Assembly (NCBI GenBank): GCA_045531235.1
Contig: JAZSDQ010000045.1
Location: 1-49,084 of the forward strand
Length of the DNA stretch: 49,084 bases
Direction of reading: 5' to 3'
Source: Eubacteriales bacterium
Lineage (GTDB): Bacteria > Bacillota > Clostridia > Oscillospirales > SIG627
Both the position numbers and the translations under genes were made by a program. Positions 47,035-49,084 of this stretch are shown one piece after another; position 1 is the first letter of the stretch, and the number at the start of each line of letters is the position of its first letter. Below the pieces are notes generated by a model, which was given only the letters and a program-made list of their open reading frames with translations, did no database searches and was not told the origin of the DNA.

Positions 47035-49084
47035 TCACTTTCCGTCCGATGCATATTTACCCGATTCCGAAGCATCCAAACGGATAAAGTCGCTGACGCC
47101 CTTTTCTTGCATGGTAATGCCGTACAGGGTATCTGCTTCTTCCATGGTACCTCTGCGGTGGGTAATTACGATAAACTGCGTTTTTTCATTGTGTTTTTTG
47201 ATGTATTGGGCAAAGCGGCGTACGTTTGCTTCGTCAAGTGCCGATTCGATCTCATCAAAGATACAGAAGGGGCTGGGATTGATGCGAAGCAGGGACATAT
47301 AAAGGGCAATGGCAACGAATGCCTGCTCGCCGCCGGAAAGGAGAGAAAGATTCTTGATCACTTTTCCGGGAGGCTGTACCTTGATTTCAACGCCGCAATT
47401 CAAAAGGTCTTCTTTATTGGTAAGCTCAATATCTGCACTACCGCCGCCAAACAGTTCGGTAAAGATTTGACGGAAGGTGTAGCGGATCTCCTCAAAGGTT
47501 TCGGTAAACATATCCCGCATGGTACTTTCCAAGTCGGAAATCAATTTTTCCAATTCTTCCTTGGATTTTGTAATATCGGAATACTGAGTATTGAGGAAGT
47601 GGAAGCGTTCTTTCGCCTCTTCCAGTTCCTCTACGGATTCCAGATTGACAGGGCCGATGCGGCGAAGCTCGCCGCGAAGCTTATAAAGCTTTTCTTCACC
47701 ACCGAGAGCGTCGGTATCCACCGAGGAAAGCTTACGAAAGTCCTCATCCTCGGGGGACATTTCATATTCTTCCATCAAAGAACGGGTGATATTCTCTCTT
47801 TCTTTTTCCGCCGCGCCAAGTCTTGCGGAAAGACGGGAGAAGTTTTCCATTCTCTTTTCTTTTTCGCTTTGCATTTCTTTTTGCAAAGCACGAAGCTTCG
47901 CGGTTTCATCTCCCGCAGCTCCGATTTTTTCCTGAAGGAGGGCAATTTCTTTTTGTTTTGCCTCCACATTGCCGCGAAGCTCTTCGCGACGGGTCTTTAC
48001 GGAATCAATTTCAAGAAGGGCATTCTGCTTCTTTTCTTCCAATTCCTTCAGCGCGGCTTCTACGGTCTTGCCGCCTTCCTCAAGAAGACGGAAGGCTTCT
48101 TCGTTCTCGCTAAGTTTTACAGCCTCCTGCTCCAAACGAAGCTGAGCTCGGCCACGCTCTGCAAGGATCTCACCCTGGAGAATAATAAGCTCTTCCCTGC
48201 CTTTTTCCTTTTCTTCCTTGGCAAGGCGCTTTTCTTCCAGATCCAAAAGAAGTTTTTCTTCTTTCTTTTCAATTTCTTCAATGCGCATGCGGTTTTCTTC
48301 GGATCTCAGAACTCTTTCCTGAAGTTTGTTTTCAATTTCCAAGATCTCTTCCTGAATACGGAGAGATGCTGATTTTGCCGCATCCATTCGTTCCGCTTCC
48401 AAGGTAAGAACGTTCTGCTTTTCCCCTGCGGCAAGGCGCAGAGCAGAAAGCTTTTCTTCGTTACTGCGAAGGGCTTCTCTGAGCGTACTGCGACTGTTTT
48501 CCATCGCATCAAGCTCGGTTTGAAGAACAGAAAGCTTTTCTTCGGCATTCTGAATATCTTCTTTTAAGCGTGCAAGGTCACCGGAACGGGAAAGCACACC
48601 TGTCAGATGCAAAGCCTGACCACCGGTAAAGGAACCGCCTGCGTGAATGATCTGTCCGTCAAGAGTAACGATGCGAACACCGTATTTTTCACTTTTGGCA
48701 AGTCGGGATGCTGACTCGATATCCTCACAGATCAAGGTCTTTCCAAGAAGGAATTCTACGGCGGGCAAATACTTTTCTTCGCTGCGGCAAAGATCACTTG
48801 CTCTGCCCACAAAGCCTGAGGTATGGATCTGGGAAATATCGTATGTTCCTGTTTTCAGTGTAGTTAAGGGAAGGAAGGTTGCTCTTCCCAGACGATTCTT
48901 TTTGAGGAAAGAAATGGCTTCTTTGGCGCTTTCTTCATTTTCCACAACAATGTTCTGCACACCGCCGCCGAGGGCTGTTTCAATGGCAAGAACATAAGCT
49001 TCATCGGTGGAAATCAGCTTAGATACGGGGCCGCAAATGCCGGAAAGTTCTTTTCCCGAAGCCGCAAGAACTTCCTTGACGGAT
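47035..49084 (-). CDS. smc: Chromosome segregation protein SMC, 3' part (truncated by window end)
   Basis: Hinge GRATFLPL and VTLDG.....GS.TGG; coiled coil; G.VN; PPGK...LSLLSGGE; FDEIESALDEANV; ITHR; upstream of ftsY. Confidence 0.98.
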   Translation of the reverse strand, partial: SVKEVLAASGKELSGICGPVSKLISTDEAYVLAIETALGGGVQNIVVENEESAKEAISFLKKNRLGRATFLPLTTLKTGTYDISQIHTSGFVGRASDLCRSEEKYLPAVEFLLGKTLICEDIESASRLAKSEKYGVRIVTLDGQIIHAGGSFTGGQALHLTGVLSRSGDLARLKEDIQNAEEKLSVLQTELDAMENSRSTLREALRSNEEKLSALRLAAGEKQNVLTLEAERMDAAKSASLRIQEEILEIENKLQERVLRSEENRMRIEEIEKKEEKLLLDLEEKRLAKEEKEKGREELIILQGEILAERGRAQLRLEQEAVKLSENEEAFRLLEEGGKTVEAALKELEEKKQNALLEIDSVKTRREELRGNVEAKQKEIALLQEKIGAAGDETAKLRALQKEMQSEKEKRMENFSRLSARLGAAEKERENITRSLMEEYEMSPEDEDFRKLSSVDTDALGGEEKLYKLRGELRRIGPVNLESVEELEEAKERFHFLNTQYSDITKSKEELEKLISDLESTMRDMFTETFEEIRYTFRQIFTELFGGGSADIELTNKEDLLNCGVEIKVQPPGKVIKNLSLLSGGEQAFVAIALYMSLLRINPSPFCIFDEIESALDEANVRRFAQYIKKHNEKTQFIVITHRRGTMEEADTLYGITMQEKGVSDFIRLDASESGKYASDGK

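Overview
A 49-kb core-genome window from a Firmicute. Gene content, AGGAG/GGAGG ribosome-binding sites and sigma-A promoters suggest a Clostridia member (inference). Genes: partial ftsH, gpsA, a GldA/F/G-like ABC module with a DUF4340-type gene, aspS, mgsA-like, minD-like, metK, trmO, tRNA-Asp(GUC), tRNA-Gly(GCC), an AEC transporter and araC divergent from nagA and a long ROK gene, hemolysin-III family, a purine PRTase, ABC exporters, an rRNA methyltransferase, tgt, an acyl-ACP thioesterase, dnaE, PBP1A, tadA, a THF riboswitch with folT-folC, yhbY, darA, holB, murA, ricT/yaaT, ferredoxin, cysK, leuS, ftsY and partial smc. I saw no mobile element, CRISPR array or rRNA. Main points of interest: (1) one ORF fuses NadD, YqeK and RsfS, and its junction has an A7 run, an internal RBS/ATG and a latent ATGA overlap; (2) a MinD-like ATPase with altered catalytic motifs is paired with an MgsA-fold protein lacking the catalytic residues; (3) a THF riboswitch overlaps the tadA stop codon and has a readable RBS-sequestering switch; (4) nagA is translationally coupled to an atypical 459-aa ROK protein. 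All assignments come from motifs recognised by eye; no database search was run.
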